From positions 295,544-359,543 of the forward strand of contig JBAZVG010000001.1 of the NCBI GenBank assembly GCA_041661005.1: a stretch of DNA of 64,000 nucleotides. The letters run 5' to 3'. This document shows, piece by piece, positions 25,860 to 34,461 of the stretch; the first letter of the stretch is position 1, and the number at the start of each line of letters is the position of its first letter. Origin of the DNA: Minisyncoccota bacterium. Lineage in GTDB: Bacteria > Patescibacteriota > Minisyncoccia > Phycocordibacterales > UBA9973. Position numbers and translations under genes: made by a program. The notes under the pieces were generated by a model. It was given only the letters and a program-made list of their open reading frames with translations, had not been told where the DNA came from and searched no databases.

Positions 25860-27587
25860 CTATCTATCAGGTGGAACTTCATAATAATTCAGCAAAAACT
25901 TCGTGATATCTAAAAATGGATCGGTCCAAGTCGTCGCCGCGTAAGGCACACCTTTTGGATTTACCGCATAAAGAAAGACAATAAACTTTGGATCATAAGC
26001 CGGAAAATAGCCTACAAAAGAATGCGTATGCCTATCTTCATAATATCCTCCAGTCGTATTGTCTGCAACTTGCGCTGTTCCCGTTTTTACGGCTACACTA
26101 AAATGATCCAATTTCGCCAAGCCCCCCTTGATCGCTTTATCCATGACCTCTACAAGCATTCGAGTTATTTCTTCCGAAGCCTGTTTAGTGATTTTGGCGG
26201 GCACAGTCGGATATAGCATTTCCTTGGATATCCCGTTGACATATTTTATCTCTTTGACGACATGGGGCACAACCAAGTTTCCTCCGTTTGCGAGCGTTGC
26301 GAGCGCCCGTATCAGCTCGACTGGGGTGAGAGCTATTCCCTGGCCGAAAGCGGCATTGGCATATTCAATCTCGCGGGGACTATTTAGATTTCCCACAAGT
26401 CCGCTGGTTTCATTTGGTAAATCAATTCCAGTCTTTTCTTTTATCCCATACGAAAGCAAATAATCGCGCAATCTTTCCTTGCCCAATTTCTGCGCGACAT
26501 ATACCATTCCAGTGTTCAGAGACTGATTTAAAACTTCTTGCATGCTTGTTCCCGGACCTCTGCCTTTCTTGTCAAAATTGAATATTTCTTTTTTCTCGAC
26601 AATGATGGACCCTTTATCATTGTATGCGGTATCTGCCGTAACAACTCCAGCATCTAGAGCTCCCGCCATCACCAAAGGTTTTACCACAGACCCGAATTCC
26701 AAGACATTTTCAACCAACGGATTAGAAAAAACAAAGTTACTTTTTTCTTTGGAAAATTCATTCGGATTAAAATCCGGTTTGACGCCCATGGCATAGATAG
26801 ATCCATCTTGCGGATTCATGATTATCCCGCCGATGGAATCCGTCTGATATTTTTCTCTGGTTTCAGTCAGTTTTTTTTCTAAAAAATTCTGCACCTCTGG
26901 CTCAATAGTCGTCACCACATCCCCCTCCACCTCTTCCTGCCTGAATAATGTTTTATTTATATTAGAAAAAACTTCGGCAAAAAAATTCACATAAGGTTTG
27001 TCATTTTTTCTGGAAAGTAAACTATCGTATTGTCTCTCGAGGCCGTAACGCCCGCCAAGCTCGGTGTCTTTATAGCCCACCAAGCCAAGCGCATGAGAAG
27101 CAAGGGTCTTGCCGGGATAAAAACGCCACTTTTGTTTAAAGATGTTCAGTCCGGAAATTTTTAGAGCAGACACGGCATCGGCTTGTTCTTTTGAAAGACG
27201 AATTGCTATCTCCTCATAGGGATCGCTTGTTTTAGAAGCTTTGTTTATGAAATCATCATAATCGAGAGTTATTATTTTCGATAGTTCCTGATAAACAAAT
27301 TCTTTGTCTGCAATTTTACCGGGATCGATAGCAACCTTGAATCCAGTGGTCTGCGTAGCAGCTGCGATCAGCTGTCCATCTTTGCCGTCTTTTCCCCTGC
27401 TTTGAAAAAAAATAGTCCCACGCTCAAAAATATCGCTTCCGGGTGTGGCATACTGGCGATCTGCAGATTCTGAATATGTGTCACCGTGCACGACTTGCAC
27501 TAAAAAAAGCTTTGCCATCAAAGTCAGACTAAAAACTATAATACAAAAAAGTGTAATTCTAGATCTGGATATAAAACTATAAGTCAT
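25860..27587 (-). CDS. ftsI: Peptidoglycan D,D-transpeptidase (PBP2/FtsI family)
   Basis: N-terminal TM anchor, dimerisation domain, transpeptidase domain ('SVVKP', 'SxN', 'KTGT' motif: 'AVKTGTAQV'). Confidence 0.85.
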   Translation of the reverse strand: MTYSFISRSRITLFCIIVFSLTLMAKLFLVQVVHGDTYSESADRQYATPGSDIFERGTIFFQSRGKDGKDGQLIAAATQTTGFKVAIDPGKIADKEFVYQELSKIITLDYDDFINKASKTSDPYEEIAIRLSKEQADAVSALKISGLNIFKQKWRFYPGKTLASHALGLVGYKDTELGGRYGLERQYDSLLSRKNDKPYVNFFAEVFSNINKTLFRQEEVEGDVVTTIEPEVQNFLEKKLTETREKYQTDSIGGIIMNPQDGSIYAMGVKPDFNPNEFSKEKSNFVFSNPLVENVLEFGSVVKPLVMAGALDAGVVTADTAYNDKGSIIVEKKEIFNFDKKGRGPGTSMQEVLNQSLNTGMVYVAQKLGKERLRDYLLSYGIKEKTGIDLPNETSGLVGNLNSPREIEYANAAFGQGIALTPVELIRALATLANGGNLVVPHVVKEIKYVNGISKEMLYPTVPAKITKQASEEITRMLVEVMDKAIKGGLAKLDHFSVAVKTGTAQVADNTTGGYYEDRHTHSFVGYFPAYDPKFIVFLYAVNPKGVPYAATTWTDPFLDITKFLLNYYEVPPDR

Positions 27588-27954
27588 TTTGCGATATTTT
27601 TACACTTCCAAAAGATTCACTTGCTGGTCGATAACCTAGAGTTTTACGGGTTGCAAATGTTGCTTTTGTTTCTTTGAATCCCAAAGAATACGAAAGAGTG
27701 AGATCTATGTCTTTAGACATAGAAAAATAGGACACTTCCAAATTTCGAACTTCGTTGGTAAGAGCGCGCACATTCGTTTCGAGACTTTGACGTTCTACAA
27801 TATTTTTAACCATATTGCCTAAAAGAAAGACGTAGAAAAATGCTAGTATCCCAAAAGAGCAAAAAATAATATTCAAAGAAAGCTTTTCGAGGCCGTAATT
27901 TATTACACCTACGCTTTTTGTATACATATTAAATTTTGAATTTATTTGTCCCAT
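27577..27954 (-). CDS. ftsL: FtsL-like cell-division protein (single-TM, coiled coil)
   Basis: 125 aa with one TM helix then a coiled-coil segment. Position between rsmH and ftsI. Confidence 0.4.
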   Translation of the reverse strand: MGQINSKFNMYTKSVGVINYGLEKLSLNIIFCSFGILAFFYVFLLGNMVKNIVERQSLETNVRALTNEVRNLEVSYFSMSKDIDLTLSYSLGFKETKATFATRKTLGYRPASESFGSVKISQNDL

Positions 27955-27957
27955 TTT

Positions 27958-28908
27958 TTATTTTACTTGCCCCGCCTTGGCGGTGGTTTTCTCTATGATT
28001 CTCAACTTAGCGCTTCTTGACCTCGGATTATTTTTTATTTCATCACCACTCGCTAAAATCACTTTTTTATTTATCAATTTTGCTTTTCCTTCCTCTACTT
28101 TCTCTTTATAAAATCTTTTTACTATCCTATCCTCTAAGCTATGAAAAGAAATCACTGACATCCTCCCGTTTGCTTTCAACAACTTGAAACCTTTATCTAA
28201 ACCTTCAGCGAGCGCTCCCAGTTCGTCATTGACCGCTATTCGTATTGCCTGAAAAGTTCTGGTGGCAAAATGCAGTCTTCCCCTCTTGTATACAGCTGGC
28301 ACCGCATCACTGATTATCTTTACTAAATCAAAAGTCGTTTCAATCTTCGCCTTTTGCCTGGCTTCCACTATCCCCTTGGCTATCCTTCTTGAAAACTTTT
28401 CTTCGCCATAGCCATAGATAATGTCAGTCAAGCTTTGCTCGCTCCAAGTATTTACGACGTCCTTCGCCGTAACATCTTCCGGGCGAGGATTTTCCTTCAT
28501 GGTCATGATGAGTGGCTCATCTTTCATAAAAGAAAATCCTCTTCCAGAAACATCAAGCTGATCAGAACTCAAACCCAAATCAAGAATAATACCGTCCACT
28601 TCCCCGACTCCCATTTGTCCCAAGACTTTGTCGATATTCCTAAAATTGTCATTTACGAAAGTTGTGTCGCAGTTCTTGAATCTATCTCTCTCTGCAAAAA
28701 CATTTTTATCCTGATCTAGGGCGACAATCTTCACATCGAGATATCTTTTGCAAATTTCCAAACTATGCCCTCCGCCACCGAATGTGCCGTCTATCACGAC
28801 CCCATTGGATTTTAAATTTAAACCATCTATTGTTTCTTTTAAAAGAACTGTCTTGTGCCTAGTGCCAACCATCTGCGCCTTTGTCATCCTATTTCCCCTC
28901 ATCTCCAA
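27958..28908 (-). CDS. rsmH: 16S rRNA (cytosine1402-N4)-methyltransferase RsmH (MraW)
   Basis: 'HKTVLLKETIDGLNLKSNGVVIDGTFGGGGHS', 'ALDQD' and other MraW motifs. Confidence 0.9.
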   Translation of the reverse strand: MEMRGNRMTKAQMVGTRHKTVLLKETIDGLNLKSNGVVIDGTFGGGGHSLEICKRYLDVKIVALDQDKNVFAERDRFKNCDTTFVNDNFRNIDKVLGQMGVGEVDGIILDLGLSSDQLDVSGRGFSFMKDEPLIMTMKENPRPEDVTAKDVVNTWSEQSLTDIIYGYGEEKFSRRIAKGIVEARQKAKIETTFDLVKIISDAVPAVYKRGRLHFATRTFQAIRIAVNDELGALAEGLDKGFKLLKANGRMSVISFHSLEDRIVKRFYKEKVEEGKAKLINKKVILASGDEIKNNPRSRSAKLRIIEKTTAKAGQVK

Positions 28909-29344
28909 GCTTCTCCGCCAATTGCTCCGCCTGCTTTTCGATGACTACCTTATTTTCCGACCATGCCTTTTCATTCCAAACTTCCACCCTGTCCTTGACT
29001 CCGATAATTGCCGCTGAATTTTTCAAACCGATTTTATCTTTAAGAAAATCCGGAATTAACATCCTGCCAATCGAATCGATCTCCACTTCTGCCGCCCGTC
29101 CGAACATGTATCGATTAAAACTTCTTTGATCCGCTTTCAAGAAAGATAAATCAGAATCCGAGTCAGAAAGTTTTTTGGAAACTTTTTCCCATTCTTTGAT
29201 TGTAAAAATGAAGAGGCATTGACCGAGTCCAGGTGTGATAATAATTTTCTTGCCAAGTTCGCTACGGAATTTTGCCGGCATAGAAACTCTGTTTTTTTCA
29301 TCTATTGTATGTATGTATTCGCCGATTAACATATGTTTTTTCAA
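28889..29344 (-). CDS. mraZ: Transcriptional regulator MraZ
   Basis: Tandem MraZ repeats ('GEYIHTIDEKNRVSMP', 'AAIIGVKDRVEVW'). Confidence 0.85.
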   Translation of the reverse strand: MKKHMLIGEYIHTIDEKNRVSMPAKFRSELGKKIIITPGLGQCLFIFTIKEWEKVSKKLSDSDSDLSFLKADQRSFNRYMFGRAAEVEIDSIGRMLIPDFLKDKIGLKNSAAIIGVKDRVEVWNEKAWSENKVVIEKQAEQLAEKLGDEGK

Positions 29345-29436
29345 AAATTACTATTTGCACCTTCTTTTTGTATTTCCCACTTTTTCCCACTTGATATACA
29401 TTGTATGCTACATATAAAATAACACCAAGCGCAAAC

Positions 29437-29679
29437 TGTGGATAACTTTTTGGACTTTGATTGTCGAAAGTTTTACAATATGGAGGTTGGTGATGGTTTC
29501 CTTCAGTTGGTTGTTTGCCTGCTGGGTGCCTCTCCGCTTCCGTGTGAGTGGGGAGGCACCCAAATTTCAATCTTCCGCATGGAAGATATCTGGCGCCTAA
29601 AAACGCCAAAAGATGTCCTCGAGAATCTGATTCCCGGGGCATTTTCATTTTTAGGAGACAATCTCTATTCTAGATTCTT
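29437..29679 (+). ncRNA. Structured element copy 1 (~243 nt). Conserved 5' (DnaA box TGTGGATAA + TTGGAC-N17-TACAAT) and 3' ends; variable central hairpins.
   Basis: The 5' 52 nt and 3' ~55 nt are near-identical to 31164-31394. Central hairpins GGGTGCCTCTCC...GGGGAGGCACCC, TCTTCCGCATGGAAGA and TGGCGCC..GGCGCCA occupy the same positions as different-sequence hairpins in copy 2. Strand unassigned. Confidence 0.4.
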
Positions 29680-29718
29680 AGTTTTCTGCACGCTTAAGGA
29701 CGTTTATGAAATCGTGTC

Positions 29719-30030
29719 TCATAATTTTCCCAATGCTTTCCATATATCATCTTCAGAAATACCATTATTTTTTCCATATCTCAAAATATTTTTAAAAATA
29801 GTTTTATTTGCCTCCTTATATAAATTTGGCATTACTGTCGAAATCAAACTTTTAGAGTCATTAGGATTAGTATTTTTCGGATCTCTCAATGAGAGATAAT
29901 GAGATGTTCCGCTCTTGCTTCTTGATATAGTCAAATTAAGTTTGTCTGCTGTTCGTATCCAATCCAACTGGCTAATATTTTTTAATCCATTAGCAAACAA
30001 ATCTTTTCTAAGAATATCGTCGTTAGCCAT
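29719..30030 (-). CDS. HicA-like (YcfA family) putative toxin
   Basis: 'SKSGTSHYLSLRDP...' resembles the HicA 'G(S)H...P' core. Sits immediately downstream of the HicB-like gene with a 4-nt gap. Confidence 0.4.
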   Translation of the reverse strand: MANDDILRKDLFANGLKNISQLDWIRTADKLNLTISRSKSGTSHYLSLRDPKNTNPNDSKSLISTVMPNLYKEANKTIFKNILRYGKNNGISEDDIWKALGKL

Positions 30031-30034
30031 ATAT

Positions 30035-30346
30035 TTAACATAGACTGTATTCTATTTTTATTGGACTTTTGATGTTTTCGAATTTAACATTGAAAGCAGA
30101 ATAAATAGCTTCACGGAGTTCAGAGTCAATCTCTAACTGAGAAGGATTAGGATTAGTATTACCGGCTATTAAGCCTTCCACTTCTAGACAAGTAGCAACC
30201 CACCCATCTTCATGTCTTTGCACACTAAAAGTCAGGCTACCAATTTTTTGTATTTGAGAAATTACCCTATTCCTTTCTTCTAGGGAAACATTGGGATTAT
30301 TCCCAAAAACATCAGCATATTTTTTTTCTTTATCCATAGTATTCAT
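30035..30346 (-). CDS. HicB-like (UPF0150) putative antitoxin
   Basis: 'FSVQRHEDGWVATCLEVEGLIAGNTNPNPSQLEIDSELREAIYSAF' matches the HicB/UPF0150 RNase H-like fold pattern (DGW-VA-C.E..GL...G.T..EA...L.EAI). Confidence 0.5.
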   Translation of the reverse strand: MNTMDKEKKYADVFGNNPNVSLEERNRVISQIQKIGSLTFSVQRHEDGWVATCLEVEGLIAGNTNPNPSQLEIDSELREAIYSAFNVKFENIKSPIKIEYSLC

Positions 30347-30420
30347 TATAACACAGCACGATATAAAATCGTGTTACACATCTATATTCCTTATACTACT
30401 TATTTTTCACTTATTGTCAA

Positions 30421-30630
30421 TTAAAGACCGTTACGGTGTAAACAGCTTTCATATTTATCTTTATTAAAATTAATACCAGGAGAGTATCTTTCTAAGGCAG
30501 ATAATCCCGTTAGATTTCCTCCTGCACATTCTTTTCTGATATTATTTGGTCTGTATTCATACCAATAAAAGAGGAATCCTGCTATCACTACAAGAACAGA
30601 AATTATTAAAATAATATAATTTTTTTTCAT
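30421..30630 (-). CDS. Small membrane protein (69 aa)
   Basis: N-terminal TM helix. Confidence 0.35.
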   Translation of the reverse strand: MKKNYIILIISVLVVIAGFLFYWYEYRPNNIRKECAGGNLTGLSALERYSPGINFNKDKYESCLHRNGL

Positions 30631-30656
30631 ATATTTTATATAATATTATAATGTTA

Positions 30657-31127
30657 TTAAAAACCTAAAAGCTCCCATATAAACTTAGCAATTGTAGTTA
30701 AAACCACACCTATAATAAATGGATAAAACCATGGGGTGTCTTCATAAGCATAAGTAATAAAATAGACCCATCTGTTTATAAAACTACCATTTACTAATTT
30801 TCTACCTCTAAGTCCAAGGCGCAACACATCTTGTTTGTAGCCAAAAACATCAACTATTGCGGTTTCTAAGTAATCATCTTTTTTGGCATCTTTTATCTCG
30901 TCAAAAAGCTTAATTTCACTATCACTGGCAAAACTTTTTTGCTGTTGAAGATACTTTACAAACTCTTTCTGTTCTCCATTTAAGATACCCAGACGAAGCC
31001 CTTGATGACTTTCCCTTTGATAAGCATCTAAAGATCTAGTCTCAATATATCTATTAAGATAACAACATATTTTAGTTATTCTTATCATTTGCTTTATTTT
31101 ATCATATATTTTTGTTTTCATAGTCAT
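30657..31127 (-). CDS. Hypothetical protein (156 aa) with C-terminal TM segment
   Basis: ORF that is first in the 4-gene minus-strand cassette. Confidence 0.4.
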   Translation of the reverse strand: MTMKTKIYDKIKQMIRITKICCYLNRYIETRSLDAYQRESHQGLRLGILNGEQKEFVKYLQQQKSFASDSEIKLFDEIKDAKKDDYLETAIVDVFGYKQDVLRLGLRGRKLVNGSFINRWVYFITYAYEDTPWFYPFIIGVVLTTIAKFIWELLGF

Positions 31128-31163
31128 TTTCGTTAATTTTTAATTATGTTATGAGGGGTTAGG

Positions 31164-31394
31164 TGTGGATAACTTTTGGACTTTGGTTGTCGAAAGTTTT
31201 ACAATATGGAGGTTCCCTTCCGGGTAGTGGTTGTGTTCCCCGAGGAGGCCCCCTCGCACCACCGAGCGCACGGTGCGAGGGGGCGAAGTAGTAGCTCTTT
31301 TGTGTCTATACACATCGGTGTCGGAAGACACCAAAAAGCGGTCCCAGAATCTTTGATTCCGGGGCCTTTGCATTTTTAGGAGACAATCTCTATT
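31164..31394 (+). ncRNA. Structured element copy 2 (~231 nt)
   Basis: Same conserved ends as copy 1. Central hairpins CCCCCTCGCACC...GGTGCGAGGGGG and GTGTCT..AGACAC replace those of copy 1 at equivalent positions (structure conserved, sequence not). Confidence 0.4.
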
Positions 31395-32862
31395 CTAGAT
31401 TCTTTGGTTTCATAGTCGGGAAAAATATAATTTCTTTTATATTTTGCGTATCAGTCAAGAACATCACGAGACGGTCAATCCCTATGCCGACTCCCCCCGC
31501 CGGAGGCATGCCATATTCCATCGCTTCTAGAAAATCTTCGTCTTTCCTCTGAGCATCTGTCTCGCCACTTTTTTTATTTTCTTCCTGTTCTTCAAAACGC
31601 GCCCGTTGATCGAGCGGATCATTTAATTCAGAAAACGCTTTGACTAACTCCACACCGCCGACGACTAGCTGAAAGGCTTCAACAAATTTAGGATTTTTTA
31701 TTTTTCGTTTTGCTAAAGGCAAATATTCCGCTGGATAATCGATAATGAAAGTTGGATTAATCAATTTCGGACGGCAAAGCTTTTTATAAATTCCATCTAA
31801 AAGTTTGGGCACAGAATCTTCTTTGTTTACAACTATGCCACATTTTTCCGCCTGAATTTTTAAATCTTCTTTAGAAATAGATTCCGCGTCAATACCGCCA
31901 TATTCTTTCAATAAATCAAAGTAGGAAAATACGGAGAATTTTTTGGAAAAATCTATATTTTGATTATTATAAGTTATTGAATCGCTTTGCTTTATTTTTT
32001 TAACTAAAATCTTAAAAATTTTCTCCACAAAAGCCATCTGTTTGTCTGCATCACTGAAACTTTCATAAAATTCAATCATGGTGAATTCAGGATTGTGGGT
32101 CATATCAATTCCCTCATTTCTAAAGTCTCGAGCAATTTCATAAATTTTCGGAAAACCAGCGACAAGCATTCGTTTTAAATAAAGTTCATCGGAAATTCTC
32201 AGATACATTTTCATATTGAGCGCCTTATGTTCTGTGACAAATGGTTCTGCCGTAGCCCCGCCATACAGAGGCTGAAGAGCTGGAGTCTCAACTTCCAAAT
32301 ATCCGTTTTCATCAAAGATTCTTCGCAATTCAGTGATGATTTTAGAACGAGTGAAAAATCTTTCTTTGACTTCGGCAGACATCAGAGCATCTAAATATCT
32401 TTTTCGAAATCTTTCTTCCACGTCCACTAGGCCATGCCACTTTTCCGGCAATGGTCGGAGACTTTTGGAAAGCATCCGCCAATCTTTCGCTTCCAACGTC
32501 TTCTCTCCCCTTTTGGTGGTAAAAAAAGCGCCTTGGATTTCTATAAAATCTCCTATGTCCACCACTTCGCTAAAGAAATTAAATTTCTCATCGGCCAAGA
32601 CATCTCTTTTGAGTAAACCCTGAAAAGTCCCAGTGCCATCATCTAACGTTATGAAGACAATAGCCCCCTGCCCGCGGATCGACATTACTCTTCCGGCGAT
32701 CCATTTAGTCTTTTTTTCTTTTGATAAATTATCAAAATCCTCCGTCGCGTCTTTTAGAGTTAGTTCTCTTTCTGAATTTGCCGGATACGGGTTCACACCC
32801 TTTTCCTCTAAGAGTTTAAGTTTTTTTAACCTAGCATCTCTAATTTCATCAATTGAAGACAT
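31390..32862 (-). CDS. lysS: Lysyl-tRNA synthetase (class II)
   Basis: N-terminal OB anticodon-binding domain. Class II motifs 1-3 ('FRNEG', 'GGVGIGIDRLVM'). Confidence 0.9.
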   Translation of the reverse strand: MSSIDEIRDARLKKLKLLEEKGVNPYPANSERELTLKDATEDFDNLSKEKKTKWIAGRVMSIRGQGAIVFITLDDGTGTFQGLLKRDVLADEKFNFFSEVVDIGDFIEIQGAFFTTKRGEKTLEAKDWRMLSKSLRPLPEKWHGLVDVEERFRKRYLDALMSAEVKERFFTRSKIITELRRIFDENGYLEVETPALQPLYGGATAEPFVTEHKALNMKMYLRISDELYLKRMLVAGFPKIYEIARDFRNEGIDMTHNPEFTMIEFYESFSDADKQMAFVEKIFKILVKKIKQSDSITYNNQNIDFSKKFSVFSYFDLLKEYGGIDAESISKEDLKIQAEKCGIVVNKEDSVPKLLDGIYKKLCRPKLINPTFIIDYPAEYLPLAKRKIKNPKFVEAFQLVVGGVELVKAFSELNDPLDQRARFEEQEENKKSGETDAQRKDEDFLEAMEYGMPPAGGVGIGIDRLVMFLTDTQNIKEIIFFPTMKPKNLE

Positions 32863-32882
32863 TTTTAATTTTTAGACACCGA

Positions 32883-33350
32883 CTAAGACACGCTAATTAT
32901 TTTGTAATTAACTGATCCGCTTGGAATTTTGAACGACACATCCTCGTCTTTTTTCTTACCCAAGAGCGCCTCGCCAAAAGGCGATTTATTGGAGATCTTA
33001 CCTTTTGCCATATCCGCTTCTTCAGATCCGACTATGGTATAGATTATATTTTCTTTCTTGCCTTCTTTTTGCACAACTACTTTTGAGCCGACTTCAACTA
33101 CGTCCCCTCCGTGCCTAGAAAAGGTTTCCGAGGATTGCAAAATTTGTTCTATCTTTGCAATACGTTCCTCGAGCTTGCCCTGATCCTCGCGAGTCTGATG
33201 GTATTCTGCATTCTCAGACAAATCGCCTAATGATTTTGCATACTCCAAAGAAGCCAAAATCTCTTTCCTTTTTGGCCCCCTTAAATTCTCCAATTCCTTT
33301 TTCAATTCCTTCCTTTTTTCTTCAGTTATATAATTGGTCGCTTGATTCAT
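32883..33350 (-). CDS. greA: Transcription elongation factor GreA
   Basis: N-terminal coiled coil ('YITEEKRKELKKELENL') and C-terminal FKBP-like domain ('VVEVGSKVVV...SPFGEALLGKK'). The ORF extends to 33497, but the canonical start is the internal 'MNQATNY'. Confidence 0.8.
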   Translation of the reverse strand: MNQATNYITEEKRKELKKELENLRGPKRKEILASLEYAKSLGDLSENAEYHQTREDQGKLEERIAKIEQILQSSETFSRHGGDVVEVGSKVVVQKEGKKENIIYTIVGSEEADMAKGKISNKSPFGEALLGKKKDEDVSFKIPSGSVNYKIISVS

Positions 33351-33826
33351 AGTTTTTATCTTATATTTTTTTAACAAAAGAGTCAATTTAAAAACCAGCG
33401 GGGACCTCTCGGTGCCCGCTGGTTCTGTAAGATGAGATTGAGGACTCAACTCAATGTCCTCCTTGAACAAGACATGTTTTTGGAACAGGAAGGGCATGAA
33501 TGAAAGCCCCTCTCGTCCTCACACCCATTGGGAGCATGGTACGCCTCCCATGCAACCCAGACGAGACCACAGACACCACAGACACAACAGACGACCACAA
33601 AGGTAGTAATAATCATAGTGTTGTTTCGGGTTGCTACAGTGACGGAAGTGTCACCATAGTTTTTAATTTACAAAAATTTATTTTATAAACTAAAAACTAT
33701 GGTGAACACTCAATCAAGCAAATACACGTCAAACCATAAAAAGAACCATACCCATATATTATACGCCTAATGGATATCCTCGTCAATACCGTAAAATTTT
33801 GCTAAAAATCTTTTTTATGATAGTCT

Positions 33827-34066
33827 GTGACTATGGCTAAAACAGTAATAGAAATAAAGAAAAATCCAAATGAAAACAATTCGAGCATCTTGCGTCGCTT
33901 TTCGCGCAGAGTCCAAGAATCAGGCATAATTCGAAAAGTAAAAGGCGCCCGATATAACGTGCGAAAAGAATCAAAACTTAAAATAAAAAAGAGCGCGCTG
34001 AAGAGGATGGCCCGCAGGATAGAAATAGAGCATTTGAAAAAACTCGGCAAAATGGTGACTAAATAA
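33827..34066 (+). CDS. rpsU: Ribosomal protein bS21
   Basis: 'SILRRFSRRVQESGIIRKVKGARYNVRKESKLKIKKSALKR' has the S21-like basic pattern. Confidence 0.75.
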   Translation: MTMAKTVIEIKKNPNENNSSILRRFSRRVQESGIIRKVKGARYNVRKESKLKIKKSALKRMARRIEIEHLKKLGKMVTK

Positions 34067-34068
34067 AC

Positions 34069-34422
34069 ATGCGTTTCGAAAGTAAAATAAAACACCTAAA
34101 AAAAGATATTTTAGGTAAAAAATACTCCTTATCGATAGCCTACGTAACCCCAAAAAAATCTAGAGAACTAAATAAACAATACAGAAAAAAAGACAAAGCG
34201 ACGAATGTGCTTTCTTTTTCTTTGCGTAAAAATGAGGGCGAACTCGTATTGTGTAAAACTGTAATAAAAAAGGAGGCAAGAAATTCTGATCGAACTTTCG
34301 AAGAATGGCTCGAATTCTTAGTTATCCACGGAATGCTCCATTTGAAAGGCTTTGAACATGGTAAAAAGATGGAGAAAATGGAAAAAAAATACTTGTCCCA
34401 TACTAAATTTTTTATTAAGTGA
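34069..34422 (+). CDS. ybeY: rRNA maturation endoribonuclease YbeY
   Basis: Zinc-binding 'HGMLHLKGFEH' (H..H.....H) motif. Confidence 0.8.
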   Translation: MRFESKIKHLKKDILGKKYSLSIAYVTPKKSRELNKQYRKKDKATNVLSFSLRKNEGELVLCKTVIKKEARNSDRTFEEWLEFLVIHGMLHLKGFEHGKKMEKMEKKYLSHTKFFIK

Positions 34423-34461
34423 TATAATATAGATATTAAAAATTAAAATTTTAGTATCTGG

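Noticed and set aside
29438-29899. ORF-track CDSs 29438-29899 (+), 31176-31379 (+) and 31149-31373 (-), sharing the peptide '...CRKFYNMEV'
   Set aside because: They lie entirely within the two copies of the conserved structured element. The shared peptide comes from the conserved DNA, and the divergent middles keep RNA hairpins rather than a reading frame.
33500-33688. ORF encoding 'TTDTTDTTDDHKG'
   Set aside because: Created by the 9-bp tandem repeat in the greA-rpsU intergenic region. No start context or conservation.
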